Below are positions 47,975 to 57,762 of a stretch of DNA of 64,000 nt, piece after piece. Numbering within the stretch: the stretch's first letter is position 1; each line of letters starts with the position of its first letter. This DNA comes from Candidatus Hadarchaeota archaeon (GTDB lineage Archaea; CAYQAE01; CAYVLA01), in NCBI GenBank assembly GCA_964621445.1, contig CAZUNO010000001.1, forward strand, positions 104,496 to 168,495. Reading direction: 5' to 3'. The notes beneath the pieces were generated by a model that made no database searches, was not told the DNA's origin, and worked only from the letters and a program-made list of their open reading frames with translations. The translations under genes were made by a program, and so were the position numbers.

Positions 47975-49338
47975 GACATGCGGTCTCCAGGTAGACCTCT
48001 CACCATCTTTCTCATGGCCCGCCCCCTGAAGCGCCTGTTCTTTCCCATACTCTTCATCATCTTCTTCATCATATCGTATTGCTTCAGGAGTTCACGGACC
48101 TCCTGCTCGGTGCACCCGGATCCCATGGCTATTCTAGATATCCGGCTGCTGTTTATCCTCTTGGGCTTGGTTAGCTCCTCGCGATTCATTGAATTCATGA
48201 TGACCTTGAATGTCTGGAGTTTTTCCTGTCCCATTTCCAGGGCCTCGTCGGGCAGTTCGAATCCCATGCCGGGGATCATCCTGATGACCTTGCTCAAGGG
48301 CCCCATGTTGGAGAGCATATCCATCTGCTTGGCCATATCTTCAAGGGTAAATTTACCCTCCAGGAACTTGTACATCGATTCCTCGGTTAGCTCTTCTTGC
48401 TTGGTGGCCTCCTCGAATTTTTCGATAAGGGTCGAGATATCGCCCATGCCCAGCAGTCGCCCGACGAATCGTGGGGGATTGAAGGGTTCAATGTCCTCTA
48501 TCGTTTCCCCCGTTCCCAGAAATTTGATGGGGGCTCCCGTCTCGGCACAGGCGGAAAGCGCACCGCCACCTTTGGCACTTCCATCAAGCTTGGTTACCAA
48601 AATTGATCCGATATCGGTTGCCTCTTTGAAGGCGCTAGCCTGGGCCTTTGCCTGCTGGCCCAGCGTGGCGTCGATCACCAGAATTATTTCCTCCGGCTTG
48701 ACCTGGCCCGCGATATGCTGCATCTCATCGATGAGACCCTTTTCCTCCTTGTGCCTCCCTGCCGTGTCGACCAGGACAAGGTCATAACCCTTTTCGGAGA
48801 AGAGGTCTACTCCTTTTTCCGCCAATTCAACCGCATCGTCCACGTCTGAATCGCCGTAAACCGGTATGCCAAGGTCCTCAGCAAGCATCTCCAGCTGTTC
48901 CAGGGCGGCCGGTCTCCAGGTATCAGAGCAGACTATGGCCGTTTTTCGTCCTCTTTTTTGGAAGTACCGGGCAAGTTTTACCGTGGAGGTCGTCTTTCCG
49001 GACCCCTGTATTCCCACCAGCATGACCGTAGTAGTCTCTCCCTCCGGGGCAAAGTCAATTCCCATGGCTTCCCGGCCCAGGAAATCTGCCAGTTCCTCAT
49101 ATACGATGTTGACAACGTGGTGTCTCCTGGATATGCCGGAGGGCGGCTCCTCGTTCAAAGCCCGTTCTTCTATCTTCTTGGTTAGCCTACCAACCAGCTT
49201 GACATTGACATCTGCTAGCAGTAACGCCCTCTGAATGTCCTTTTTCAGTTGTCCAACGGCCTCGGAATCTATGGTTCGTGATCCAGTTAGCCTGGTGAGA
49301 GCCTTGTGAAGTGATTTACCTAGGTTATCGAGGACCAT
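47971..49338 (-). CDS. srp54: Signal recognition particle protein SRP54
   Basis: GIQGSGKTT, DTAGRH, TKLDGSAKGGG, Met-rich M domain. Confidence 0.97.
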   Translation of the reverse strand: MVLDNLGKSLHKALTRLTGSRTIDSEAVGQLKKDIQRALLLADVNVKLVGRLTKKIEERALNEEPPSGISRRHHVVNIVYEELADFLGREAMGIDFAPEGETTTVMLVGIQGSGKTTSTVKLARYFQKRGRKTAIVCSDTWRPAALEQLEMLAEDLGIPVYGDSDVDDAVELAEKGVDLFSEKGYDLVLVDTAGRHKEEKGLIDEMQHIAGQVKPEEIILVIDATLGQQAKAQASAFKEATDIGSILVTKLDGSAKGGGALSACAETGAPIKFLGTGETIEDIEPFNPPRFVGRLLGMGDISTLIEKFEEATKQEELTEESMYKFLEGKFTLEDMAKQMDMLSNMGPLSKVIRMIPGMGFELPDEALEMGQEKLQTFKVIMNSMNREELTKPKRINSSRISRIAMGSGCTEQEVRELLKQYDMMKKMMKSMGKNRRFRGRAMRKMVRGLPGDRMS

Positions 49339-49428
49339 TTAACTACCTCAATATCTCTAATATTCCGCTTCTGAAAACTATTGTCTCGCTGTAGGTTTTA
49401 TTGCGAAATCTCCCCACCCTTACATTGG

Positions 49429-50343
49429 TCATTTCCCAAAAATCAGGTCCACGAACCAGTCGGCCGAGAATTTCTGGAGGTCATCATAATCCTGGCCGGT
49501 CCCCACGAATAGAATGGGCTTGTTGGTTGTATGCGCCACGGACACCGCTGCCCCTCCCTTTGCGTCGGCATCTGCCTTGGTCAGGATAACGCCATCGATT
49601 TCACAAGCGGCATCGAATTCCTCGACCTGTTTAACGATGTCGTTACCGGCCAGGGCATCCCCAACGAAAAGGACCGCGTTGGGGTCGTTTACCCGGACGA
49701 TCTTTCTCATTTCATCCATGAGGTTCACATTTGTGTGCATCCGTCCCGCAGTATCTGCTAGTATGACATCGACGCCTTGGGCCTTGGCGTGCTGCTTTGC
49801 ATCATACACAACCGCAGCGCTGTCGGAACCCCGGGCGTGCTTGATCATATTCACCCCCAGCTTGTCGGCATGAAATTCCAGCTGCTCAATCGCAGCGGCT
49901 CTATAGGTATCGCTAGCGGCGATTACACAGGAGAAACCCTTCTCTATCATCATGTGAGCAACCTTGGCTATAGTGGTGGTCTTCCCGGTTCCGTTATAGC
50001 CAATGAAAAGTATGAGATAAGGGCGGCCCTCCTGCCTCGCTTTGCGTATCTCGTCCATCAACTGGGGCCTGTCCGCACTAAGTACGTCTCGTATGGCAGC
50101 TACGATTGATTCACGTGCGATATTTGTTACGTTATCGGTGATGCCGAAATCCTGAGAGGTCAGGGATGCACGGGTATCCTCAATTATGGTCTCCGTTACT
50201 TCCAGAGCCACATCGCTTTCAAGTAGCCCCATTTCCAGGGCCTCGAGGATATCCTGAATATCGTCCTCGCTTAGGGATCTACGTGCTATCTGCTTTGAAA
50301 ATCTGGATACCTTTGTCCTGAGATTATCGAACAACCCTACCAC
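49429..50343 (-). CDS. ftsY: SRP receptor FtsY
   Basis: GYNGTGKTT, DTYRAAAIEQL, DTAGR, TKADADAKGG. Confidence 0.96.
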   Translation of the reverse strand: MVGLFDNLRTKVSRFSKQIARRSLSEDDIQDILEALEMGLLESDVALEVTETIIEDTRASLTSQDFGITDNVTNIARESIVAAIRDVLSADRPQLMDEIRKARQEGRPYLILFIGYNGTGKTTTIAKVAHMMIEKGFSCVIAASDTYRAAAIEQLEFHADKLGVNMIKHARGSDSAAVVYDAKQHAKAQGVDVILADTAGRMHTNVNLMDEMRKIVRVNDPNAVLFVGDALAGNDIVKQVEEFDAACEIDGVILTKADADAKGGAAVSVAHTTNKPILFVGTGQDYDDLQKFSADWFVDLIFGK

Positions 50344-50358
50344 CAGTGACCTTTGCCC

Positions 50359-50799
50359 CTACTCTTCCTGTTGCTGGGAGAGTTCCCTGTATATCTCCTG
50401 CCATTTGGAGGTGAGGTCCTCGAGGCGTTGGCTTAGCTCCTCTAAATTCTCCCGGGTCTTATTGGATGCCTCTTCCGTTCTCTGTACCCTCTTGTCCACG
50501 ATGGCCTTGGCCTGATCTATGCGTCTCTCAATTGAAAAGTCCGAACCAACACCAATTATTACCTTATCATTTTGTTTTAGGGAGGCTCTTACATAGGAGC
50601 CGGATCCCATAGGTACAAGCATCTCCTTCCCCGGCTCGGTTTTCTTGAGCTCCTCTAGACTTTCCACGGTCTGATTCATCTCATCAATAGAGGTCTGTAG
50701 CAATTCCAGGTTACGGTTATGGACATCTATCTGGTTTCGAAGTACCTCGACTTCAGACGAGATACGTTGAAGCTCTCCTTGTTTATCCTCCATTTTCAT
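50359..50799 (-). CDS. pfdA: Prefoldin alpha subunit
   Basis: Coiled coils flanking 'LVPMGSGSYV...VIIGVG'; conserved gene order. Confidence 0.92.
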   Translation of the reverse strand: MKMEDKQGELQRISSEVEVLRNQIDVHNRNLELLQTSIDEMNQTVESLEELKKTEPGKEMLVPMGSGSYVRASLKQNDKVIIGVGSDFSIERRIDQAKAIVDKRVQRTEEASNKTRENLEELSQRLEDLTSKWQEIYRELSQQQEE

Positions 50800-51035
50800 T
50801 CACCTGTAATATATCGAACTGTTGGGTCTTCCGCCTCGGAGGCCTCTATTTCCTCTATTCCCTCGATGTTAATTTTTCCTCTAGGGACCCTATGTTCGCT
50901 GCCCAGATTCGAGTAAACCTTTTCCTTTACCTGGGATTCGTTCATGGATAGCATCTCCATGGTAAACGGCTGATTTTTTTCTCCCATCAGGAAATTTCCC
51001 TTGACTCTGTAGATCTTCGGATTTTCATCACTCAT
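50796..51035 (-). CDS. rpl18a: 50S ribosomal protein LX (L18Ae/eL20)
   Basis: YRVKG, EKVYS.LGS.H.V.R..I.I. Confidence 0.92.
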   Translation of the reverse strand: MSDENPKIYRVKGNFLMGEKNQPFTMEMLSMNESQVKEKVYSNLGSEHRVPRGKINIEGIEEIEASEAEDPTVRYITGE

Positions 51036-51041
51036 CGCTAT

Positions 51042-51725
51042 TCACCACGTTTCACCTTCGAACACCTGTTGCATCTTTCCCATTTCAATCCCTGTGGTTG
51101 GTCTTCCGGCAACCACGCCCTTGGAGTTAGCGAGAATGCATGTTCCGACATTCCCCACGCCAAAATTTGCGGTTCCTTTACCGACCTCGACCTTAAGCAT
51201 ATCATTGATTAAATCAATTTCGGAATCAGCCGTTTTTGGAGATACCAAGGCACCTATGTTATTTGGACAGGCCAGGGACCCAACTATATGCAAGTTGTCA
51301 ATGCTTCCATTCTTTACCTTGACCCCGAGTATATCCGAAATTACTTCGAGCTCCTTTCTCAGATAGACATCGGCCACTATAGCCCCTTTATCATTGGTCA
51401 AGATCAGATTCCCAAGGGCATTGAATCTGGTATCCAGTTTTCCAACCTGTAAATTGGATTGGGTGGAGAGGATATCCATCTCCCTTGAAGTGGCATCTCC
51501 AGGAAGAAGTATGCCTTGGGAATTCATCACAACTAACATTCCAATCATATCGGTACCGGCCACAGTGGTTTCAATTGACTTAACATTCAGGGTGGAGGCT
51601 ATCTCATCAATGGTGTCCCGAGGACTACCAGGTGGAACTACCACCACATCATCATTATTCGCGGCAAATAATCCCAGATAGGGATTCCCACTGAGGTGAG
51701 TCCTCGCAAATTCCATTAGAGGCAC
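51042..51725 (-). CDS. eif6: Translation initiation factor 6
   Basis: Pentein repeats, GNLIL.NDKGA, GTANFG, ANSKG, TTG.E. Confidence 0.93.
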   Translation of the reverse strand: MPLMEFARTHLSGNPYLGLFAANNDDVVVVPPGSPRDTIDEIASTLNVKSIETTVAGTDMIGMLVVMNSQGILLPGDATSREMDILSTQSNLQVGKLDTRFNALGNLILTNDKGAIVADVYLRKELEVISDILGVKVKNGSIDNLHIVGSLACPNNIGALVSPKTADSEIDLINDMLKVEVGKGTANFGVGNVGTCILANSKGVVAGRPTTGIEMGKMQQVFEGETW

Positions 51726-51992
51726 CTATTCGGCCAGGAAGACCCTGAAAGCAGCCTGTCCTTCCTCTATTTCCTCTTCCTCGGTGACCCTGACCCTGAT
51801 TTTAGAAGGAATGTTCTCTATTCCATTCTCCCAAATCTTGTTGTTTACGGATTCGTCTATTGCGAAAAGGCTCGTCTTAAGGTGGCGCTCCAGGAAGGAC
51901 CTGACCTCCTTTAACGCTCTAGGAGCCCTCTTGCTCCGGGAGAATTTCTTGGCTCCTCTTAGAGGTATAACATAGATCCTATCTTCGGACAA
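51726..51992 (-). CDS. rpl31e: 50S ribosomal protein L31e
   Basis: RIYVIPLR, KRAPRA, N..IW..GI...P.KIRV. Confidence 0.95.
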   Translation of the reverse strand: MSEDRIYVIPLRGAKKFSRSKRAPRALKEVRSFLERHLKTSLFAIDESVNNKIWENGIENIPSKIRVRVTEEEEIEEGQAAFRVFLAE

Positions 51993-52004
51993 TTAAATAC
52001 CTCG

Positions 52005-52160
52005 CTATACCTTTAGCTTGGAGTTTCTCCAAGTACGCATCTTTGGATGCCTTCTCACCTTTCTAGCAGTCTTTAGCATAACCCAAATGGGTACCCTTTG
52101 AGTATGGCGATTTGCCTTTGCTAATCTTTTCTTCTTTGGTTTGGATCTATGTCGAGACAA
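52005..52160 (-). CDS. rpl39e: 50S ribosomal protein L39e, 51 aa (not in the ORF track)
   Basis: Manual translation from TTG: [51 protein letters not shown]. Confidence 0.95.
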   Translation of the reverse strand: MSRHRSKPKKKRLAKANRHTQRVPIWVMLKTARKVRRHPKMRTWRNSKLKV

Positions 52161-52169
52161 TGTATCAGC

Positions 52170-52508
52170 TCAAACTCTCTTGATTTTGGTTTCCCTGGAC
52201 TTTGAACGGGCAATCTTTCGCAATATCCCCTTGAGTTGGCTATCCGTTACCTTTTCCCTGAGATTTCCGGATTGAGCCAATCCTATTAACCTTTGTTCTA
52301 TGGCCTTAACGTATTCCGGCCTGGAAAGTCTCAGATTGGTAAGTCTGCTTCTGGCCTCAGGAGTTAATATTGATTTCAGGACTAATTGTTTCCGGAGTTC
52401 GGCCTGTTTTTGTGCCTCTTCTTGGGTCTCTTCATCCTGCATCTTTTTCTGAAGTTCAGCCAATTTCTTTTGCCGGATCTCATCAATATCCTCCATGGCA
52501 CGCATCAC
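52170..52508 (-). CDS. PDCD5-like DNA-binding protein
   Basis: IRQKKLAEL, ILTPEAR.RL; conserved position. Confidence 0.92.
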   Translation of the reverse strand: MMRAMEDIDEIRQKKLAELQKKMQDEETQEEAQKQAELRKQLVLKSILTPEARSRLTNLRLSRPEYVKAIEQRLIGLAQSGNLREKVTDSQLKGILRKIARSKSRETKIKRV

Positions 52509-52924
52509 CCGGCGACCTCATCGGATAATTTATCAAGAAGGGACTTGCCCTTGGCGCTTATCTTTCTGCCGTCTCTATCAGTTTTTTCAACCAGACCTGC
52601 CGATTCGAGCTGTTGGCACACTTTTCTTATGATGCTTCCGCTACCCTTGGCAAATCTTGTGGGTTTGCTGCCTCTTTCCCTCTTACCACCGTACTTTGTA
52701 CGCAGCCTTTCAACACCCACGGGCCCGCTAACGTAAATCGTCCTGAGCACGGCTGCAGCCCGGCTGTACCACCAATCAGGGTCATCTGGAACCCTTTCCT
52801 TATGCATACCGGTCTTGACGAACATCGTCCATTCCGGTGGATCTACTTCGTTATAGTCACTCTTCAACTTATTCGAAAGGAGACCTATGAGAAGATTGGG
52901 TTTCACATCAAAAGGAGTGGTCAA
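52505..52924 (-). CDS. rps19e: 30S ribosomal protein S19e
   Basis: PEW..FVKTG..KER.P, WWY.RAA, GSGSIIR. Confidence 0.96.
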   Translation of the reverse strand: MTTPFDVKPNLLIGLLSNKLKSDYNEVDPPEWTMFVKTGMHKERVPDDPDWWYSRAAAVLRTIYVSGPVGVERLRTKYGGKRERGSKPTRFAKGSGSIIRKVCQQLESAGLVEKTDRDGRKISAKGKSLLDKLSDEVAG

Positions 52925-52987
52925 GTTGGACCACCTGGTGGTGGGTATAGCCCAAGTTGAGCTATAGGATGAGGGCTAAATTTGGAC

Positions 52988-53269
52988 TTATATATCTTTC
53001 CTGGCATCCTTCTCAGCTCTGAAAAGTGTGATAGTGTTTCCCCGTGTCTCTACAAGCTCGGATCGGGTCTCTTTAGTCAATCGGGATGTCATTTCTTCTC
53101 TTTTCAACGCATTGGAGCTTCTGAGGAACTTGATCTTGACAATATTCTTTTCCTCGAGCTGACGGTCGAGTTCCTCTAAAACTCCTTTTGTTAGGCCCGA
53201 CTTGCCAATCCTAAGGAGGGGTTTTGCCTTTGACGCTCTCTTTTTCAAATCCTCGCGATTAACTCTCAT
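52988..53269 (-). CDS. YhbY/CRM RNA-binding protein
   Basis: KP.LRIGKSGLT, VKIKFL, RG.T..L.R. Confidence 0.9.
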   Translation of the reverse strand: MRVNREDLKKRASKAKPLLRIGKSGLTKGVLEELDRQLEEKNIVKIKFLRSSNALKREEMTSRLTKETRSELVETRGNTITLFRAEKDARKDI

Positions 53270-53278
53270 TTCAATAAC

Positions 53279-54076
53279 CTACATCAAAGCTCCATCTAAT
53301 GCTTTTCCACATCCGCAGGATCTTTTTTCCGGTATTTGCGGTATCAAATCAGCGAGAATGGACCTGACCTTCCCCACATTTTCCTTCATGGTCTCAACCA
53401 CTTCCTCCCCGTCAACTATCCTGTCGGTCATCCAGCAGTCAAAATCGGTGACCATGGCTATGGTGGAGTAGCACATCTCTGCTTCCCGGGCAAGGACGGC
53501 CTCGGGATACATGGTCATTCCAATGACCGATGCTCCCCAGGATCTGAAAAGCTCCGATTCTGCTCGGGTGGAAAACCTGGGTCCCTGGATGCAGACATAG
53601 GTTCCCTGTGGATGATACTTCATTGAAAGGGACTCCGCCACCTCACCGAGAAGGGTATGAAGGCTCGGACAGACGGGATCGGCAGTGGACACATGACAGA
53701 CCTGTCCCCTGTCGTAGAAGGTATCTTCCCTACCGCGGGTTCTGTCAATGAATTGATCCACGAACACGAAATCTCCCGGTTCATATTTCCTCTGGAGGCT
53801 GCCCACCGCTGCAGGGGCAAGGACGGCGGTTACCCCGATTTCCTTTAGAGCCCAGATATTGGCCCTGTAATTAATTCCATGGGGAGGTATGCGGTGTTCT
53901 CTACCGTGTCTGGGAATGAAGGCCACCCTTGTATCCTCCAGGCTACCGATCTGGACCAGATCGGACGTAGCCCCGAAAGGGGTATATACCTCCTTTTCCT
54001 CTATTTCGGTGAATAATTCAGGGTCGTAAACCCCGGTGCCGCCAATTATTCCCACTGATGCCTGTTCTGAAGTCAT
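53279..54076 (-). CDS. mtnP: S-methyl-5'-thioadenosine phosphorylase
   Basis: GIIGGTG, RHG..H, NYRANI.AL, GPRFSTRAES, GMT, VTDFD. Confidence 0.92.
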   Translation of the reverse strand: MTSEQASVGIIGGTGVYDPELFTEIEEKEVYTPFGATSDLVQIGSLEDTRVAFIPRHGREHRIPPHGINYRANIWALKEIGVTAVLAPAAVGSLQRKYEPGDFVFVDQFIDRTRGREDTFYDRGQVCHVSTADPVCPSLHTLLGEVAESLSMKYHPQGTYVCIQGPRFSTRAESELFRSWGASVIGMTMYPEAVLAREAEMCYSTIAMVTDFDCWMTDRIVDGEEVVETMKENVGKVRSILADLIPQIPEKRSCGCGKALDGALM

Positions 54077-54126
54077 GTATAAACATCCAGAGACATCATC
54101 TGAAATAACTTTTCGAGGTATAAGGA

Positions 54127-55146
54127 TTAGAGAGTGATCCACCGGTCCTGAATCGATGATTTGAGAAGACCATCAATGGTTCGAGTGACCCATATGCCGT
54201 CCTCGCCCGTCACCCTGGGCCGTCTGTCCGTGACTATGCAATCGGCAAAGTGATAGATGCTCTCGGTGGCAAATCCCCTGTGCTTCCCGTCGATATTCAG
54301 ATTAAAAAGCATATCGGGGTTCTCCTGATTTCTTTCAGTGTACTTACAAGCCAGGTTGCTGTGGCTGACGTTCGCGGTATAGCTTCCTTCGGATCCCACG
54401 AAATCCATTTTCAGTTGGAAGACGGAGGGGTGGCTCTCCGGTAGTATCCAGCAGTTTTCCAGAGATGCGAGGGCCCCGGATTGGAACTCGATGAGACTGT
54501 GGAAGAAGTCCGGGGTGTCAATACCCATGGAGGCAAGTTTGCCTTCACCCTTGGTTGAGAGCACTCTTCTTGGGTTGCTTTGGAAGAGCCATCTACAGAT
54601 ATCTATGAGGTGGCTTCCTAAAAACCAAAGAACGTTGCTTTTATGGGACCACCTCAACATCTTTGTGGGAACGAAAATCGTGTCGTTGAGGGCGGCGCTG
54701 AGGTACTTGGGAACTCCCATTTCTCCCTCTTCTATTGAGTTCTTGAGAGCAATGAATGGTGGGGACCAGCGATTATGGAAGTCGATCATAAGCTTTGATC
54801 CAGATTTATCCACCGCTGCCATTATCTGCTCAGCTTCATCGACCGTGGTCGCCATGGGCTTCTCAAGAAGTATGTGCAGACCTTTATTGGCCGCAAGTAG
54901 GGCAGGGTCTGTGTGTAAGTAATCAGGAGTGGCTATGGAGACGGCATCCAGTTCACTTTCCTCCATCATTTCACTGTAATCCGTGTAGAAATCGCACCCA
55001 TACTCCCTGGAGACCTTTTCCCCCTCCTCCTCATTGATGTCGCATACCGCCGCGATTAGAGTTCTGTGATGGCTTCCAAAGGCCTGCACATGGATTTTCC
55101 CGAATGTCCCCAGCCCTATTACTCCGACCTTCGCCTTATCGGCCAT
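54127..55146 (-). CDS. Gfo/Idh/MocA family oxidoreductase
   Basis: GLGTFG, TPDYLH, EKP, GSHLID. Confidence 0.9.
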   Translation of the reverse strand: MADKAKVGVIGLGTFGKIHVQAFGSHHRTLIAAVCDINEEEGEKVSREYGCDFYTDYSEMMEESELDAVSIATPDYLHTDPALLAANKGLHILLEKPMATTVDEAEQIMAAVDKSGSKLMIDFHNRWSPPFIALKNSIEEGEMGVPKYLSAALNDTIFVPTKMLRWSHKSNVLWFLGSHLIDICRWLFQSNPRRVLSTKGEGKLASMGIDTPDFFHSLIEFQSGALASLENCWILPESHPSVFQLKMDFVGSEGSYTANVSHSNLACKYTERNQENPDMLFNLNIDGKHRGFATESIYHFADCIVTDRRPRVTGEDGIWVTRTIDGLLKSSIQDRWITL

Positions 55147-56515
55147 TGGATGTGCCCCCTTCGAGAATATCATTAACAAGTTGAGTGGTTTGATCGGTCA
55201 GACGAGAAGCCTCCATTTCATCCTTTGCCTCGCATATAACCCTTACCAGGGGTTCGGTTCCCGACTTTCTCACGTATATTGATGAGTCCTTTCTTGTGAC
55301 CCTAATTCCATCGGTGAGATCTATGTCCTGACCTCGGAAATGTTCTCTTAATCCGTTGAGAAGCATTTCCCAGTTAGTGGGATCGAATTGTATCTTTTCC
55401 TTGATCATATGATACTCGGGAAGGGTGGATAGTAGCTGGCTTATGGGGCCCTCGAAATCACACATACCCTGGAGGACCAGAGACATTCCTGCTGGGGCAT
55501 CCCTAGCATACTGGATGGATGGGTTGATTACCCCGCCATTTCCTTCCCCACCAATAACCGCTCCTAGCTCCATCATCTTCTTCACCACGTTTACCTCACC
55601 CACTGGAGCACGGGCAAATTCACAGCCGTGGGAGCTGGCTACGTCCTCCACGGCTTTTGTCGTAGCCACGTTGGTAACTACCGGGCCTTGCCTCTCCTGT
55701 AGTACGAGCTGTGTGGCAAGGGTAAGGGAGTATTCCTCTCCAGCGGGATTTCCTTTCTCGTCAATGATGGATAACCGGTCTCCATCTGGGTCAGTTGCAA
55801 ATCCAACATCGGCATCATTTTCCCGAACTACACGGGATAAGGCTTCAAGATTTTCCGGCGTGGGTTCCGGTCCTCGATGAAAGGTACCATCACGTTCGCA
55901 GTTAACGGCTATGGTCGTGCACCCGATCCTATCCAGAAGGATTTGCAGAATCTCTGACGAGGAGCTGTTACAGCAATCTATTGCCACGGTCGGTTGGGAA
56001 GCTGTTATGCTATCAGTATCTATGGATTTCAATACATGCTCGGCGTGTTTTCTGGCTCCCTCCGATTCGCCGTAATTTTTCCCGATTTTGTGCCAGGGAA
56101 CGTATTTGATATTGTTTTTCTCGTAAATCCCAATTAGCTTCCTTGCCTGTTCCTGGTCGAGGAAGATCCCCGTCTTGTGGATAAATTTCATGGCATTCCA
56201 TTCGATGGGGTTATGGGAAGCGGTTATGGCCACTCCTCCCTGGGCGTTCCTTTCCTTTACCAGATATTGGATGGTCGGCGTGGTCACCGTTCCCGAATCA
56301 ATGACATCGCATCCTGCTGAACGGAGACCTGCGGTCACGCAATCCTTTAACATCGAACCGGAAGCGCGGGCATCCCTCCCCACGACTACCTTTTCCCCTT
56401 TGCAGAAGGTGCCAAAAGCAGCTGAGAATCTGGTCACCACGTCCGGGGTCAATGTTTCACCCACTATCCCTCGGACGCCGGATATACTGATCATTAGCTT
56501 TTTCAAATGATTCAC
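55136..56515 (-). CDS. glmM: Phosphohexomutase (GlmM/PMM-PGM family)
   Basis: SISGVRG, TASHNP, DPDGDR, GGEGNGG, RKSGTEP. Confidence 0.88.
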   Translation of the reverse strand: MNHLKKLMISISGVRGIVGETLTPDVVTRFSAAFGTFCKGEKVVVGRDARASGSMLKDCVTAGLRSAGCDVIDSGTVTTPTIQYLVKERNAQGGVAITASHNPIEWNAMKFIHKTGIFLDQEQARKLIGIYEKNNIKYVPWHKIGKNYGESEGARKHAEHVLKSIDTDSITASQPTVAIDCCNSSSSEILQILLDRIGCTTIAVNCERDGTFHRGPEPTPENLEALSRVVRENDADVGFATDPDGDRLSIIDEKGNPAGEEYSLTLATQLVLQERQGPVVTNVATTKAVEDVASSHGCEFARAPVGEVNVVKKMMELGAVIGGEGNGGVINPSIQYARDAPAGMSLVLQGMCDFEGPISQLLSTLPEYHMIKEKIQFDPTNWEMLLNGLREHFRGQDIDLTDGIRVTRKDSSIYVRKSGTEPLVRVICEAKDEMEASRLTDQTTQLVNDILEGGTSNGR

Positions 56516-56574
56516 CGATCGTAGATTGATTAAGCGGTATAGAGGATTAACTAAAAAAGTTAATTTTCTGGAAA

Positions 56575-57255
56575 TCAGAAAAGTCGTGAATCCAGGGCGA
56601 CGGGAAGTTCCTTTATCGAGTTTATGACCTTAGAGGCGCCAAATTTAACGAGTTCATCTTCCGAGAGAGTTGGCACCCTATCGCTGTTACGTATGACCCC
56701 TATCCCTCTAAATCCGCCCTCTCGCGCCGCCTGCATATCCGTTATGTCGTCGCCAATGAATATGGCTCGCTTTGCCTTCAGGTCTCGGACACAGCTGATG
56801 AGTTTGTCTGGTCTCGGTTTTTGTCTTCCGGGGTCTTCTCTCCCCCTCACCTGGTCAAAGAATGGACGGAGGTGGAACTTTCGGGCGGTTGCCTCCAGTA
56901 TCCTCTTGGAGTTTGAGGTAACTATCCCGATCTTGGCGTCCATTTCCGAGAGATGGGACAGTACTTCTCTTGATCCCTCAAGGGGTTTAGCCCGGTTCAG
57001 GGCCTCCATTTCTCCTGCGCCCATTGCCTGATCCAATAACCTTTTCATGCTATCTCGACGGGGGCAATCTGCTAGTTCTTGGTCCACTATCTCTATATAT
57101 GCTCGAAAGGAACTTCGTCGTCCTTCCAAAAAATCATGTAGACCCAATGATCTGCAGGCGCGTCTGAGGTGTTCCATTATGACCTTGCCGTTTAGTCTCA
57201 GGTCGACTAGAGTAAGGTCGTAATCAAAGACAATGGCAGGGCTGTTTGGTTTCAT
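56575..57255 (-). CDS. HAD-IA hydrolase (phosphoglycolate-phosphatase-like)
   Basis: FDYDLTL, VTSN, KPRPD, IGDD..D. Confidence 0.82.
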   Translation of the reverse strand: MKPNSPAIVFDYDLTLVDLRLNGKVIMEHLRRACRSLGLHDFLEGRRSSFRAYIEIVDQELADCPRRDSMKRLLDQAMGAGEMEALNRAKPLEGSREVLSHLSEMDAKIGIVTSNSKRILEATARKFHLRPFFDQVRGREDPGRQKPRPDKLISCVRDLKAKRAIFIGDDITDMQAAREGGFRGIGVIRNSDRVPTLSEDELVKFGASKVINSIKELPVALDSRLF

Positions 57256-57332
57256 CAGGACCACGTATCTTTGGCTGGCCTGGGCCCATGCCCTTGTATA
57301 TGGTTTCAATCTGTGCCTGCTTGCTCCAATAG

Positions 57333-57542
57333 GTGAAGAAACTCATATTAAATCGGCCACATATGTGGAGGTATATGGATGTCTCATCACGCAGCACGTA
57401 CCCCCTCTTCTTCGGCTTACTGCTTTGGCTCATTGCATTTGCTGACCTGGCCATATTTCATTTGGATATCTTCGAATACCTGGCGGCCGCTGGGTTCTTT
57501 TTGCTCATGATGGGAATTGGCATGAGGGTGAGAGGCTTCTGA
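57333..57542 (+). CDS. Small two-TM membrane protein
   Basis: Two hydrophobic helices; GGAGGT before internal ATG (MDVSS). Confidence 0.55.
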   Translation: MKKLILNRPHMWRYMDVSSRSTYPLFFGLLLWLIAFADLAIFHLDIFEYLAAAGFFLLMMGIGMRVRGF

Positions 57543-57762
57543 GGCCTTCTTGGACCTTGGCGTTTACCCTGGGAAAAAGCAAAGTTTTTTCGGGAAATAT
57601 GCCTGCTACAAAATCATATTTTTTAGTTTTGAACTTATAAATTTGGCAGTCTAAAATAACGGTTCCGTTTTCAGCATGATGTCCCCATAAAAAATAGCAA
57701 ATACTGGAGCAAGCCATCGGCGGCCGAGTACTCGGTGGAGGACGGAGCCGTAGACTCGGGAG

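Noticed and set aside
47978-48787. 269-aa antisense ORF opposite srp54
   Set aside because: Shadow ORF with Ser/Ile/Phe-biased composition
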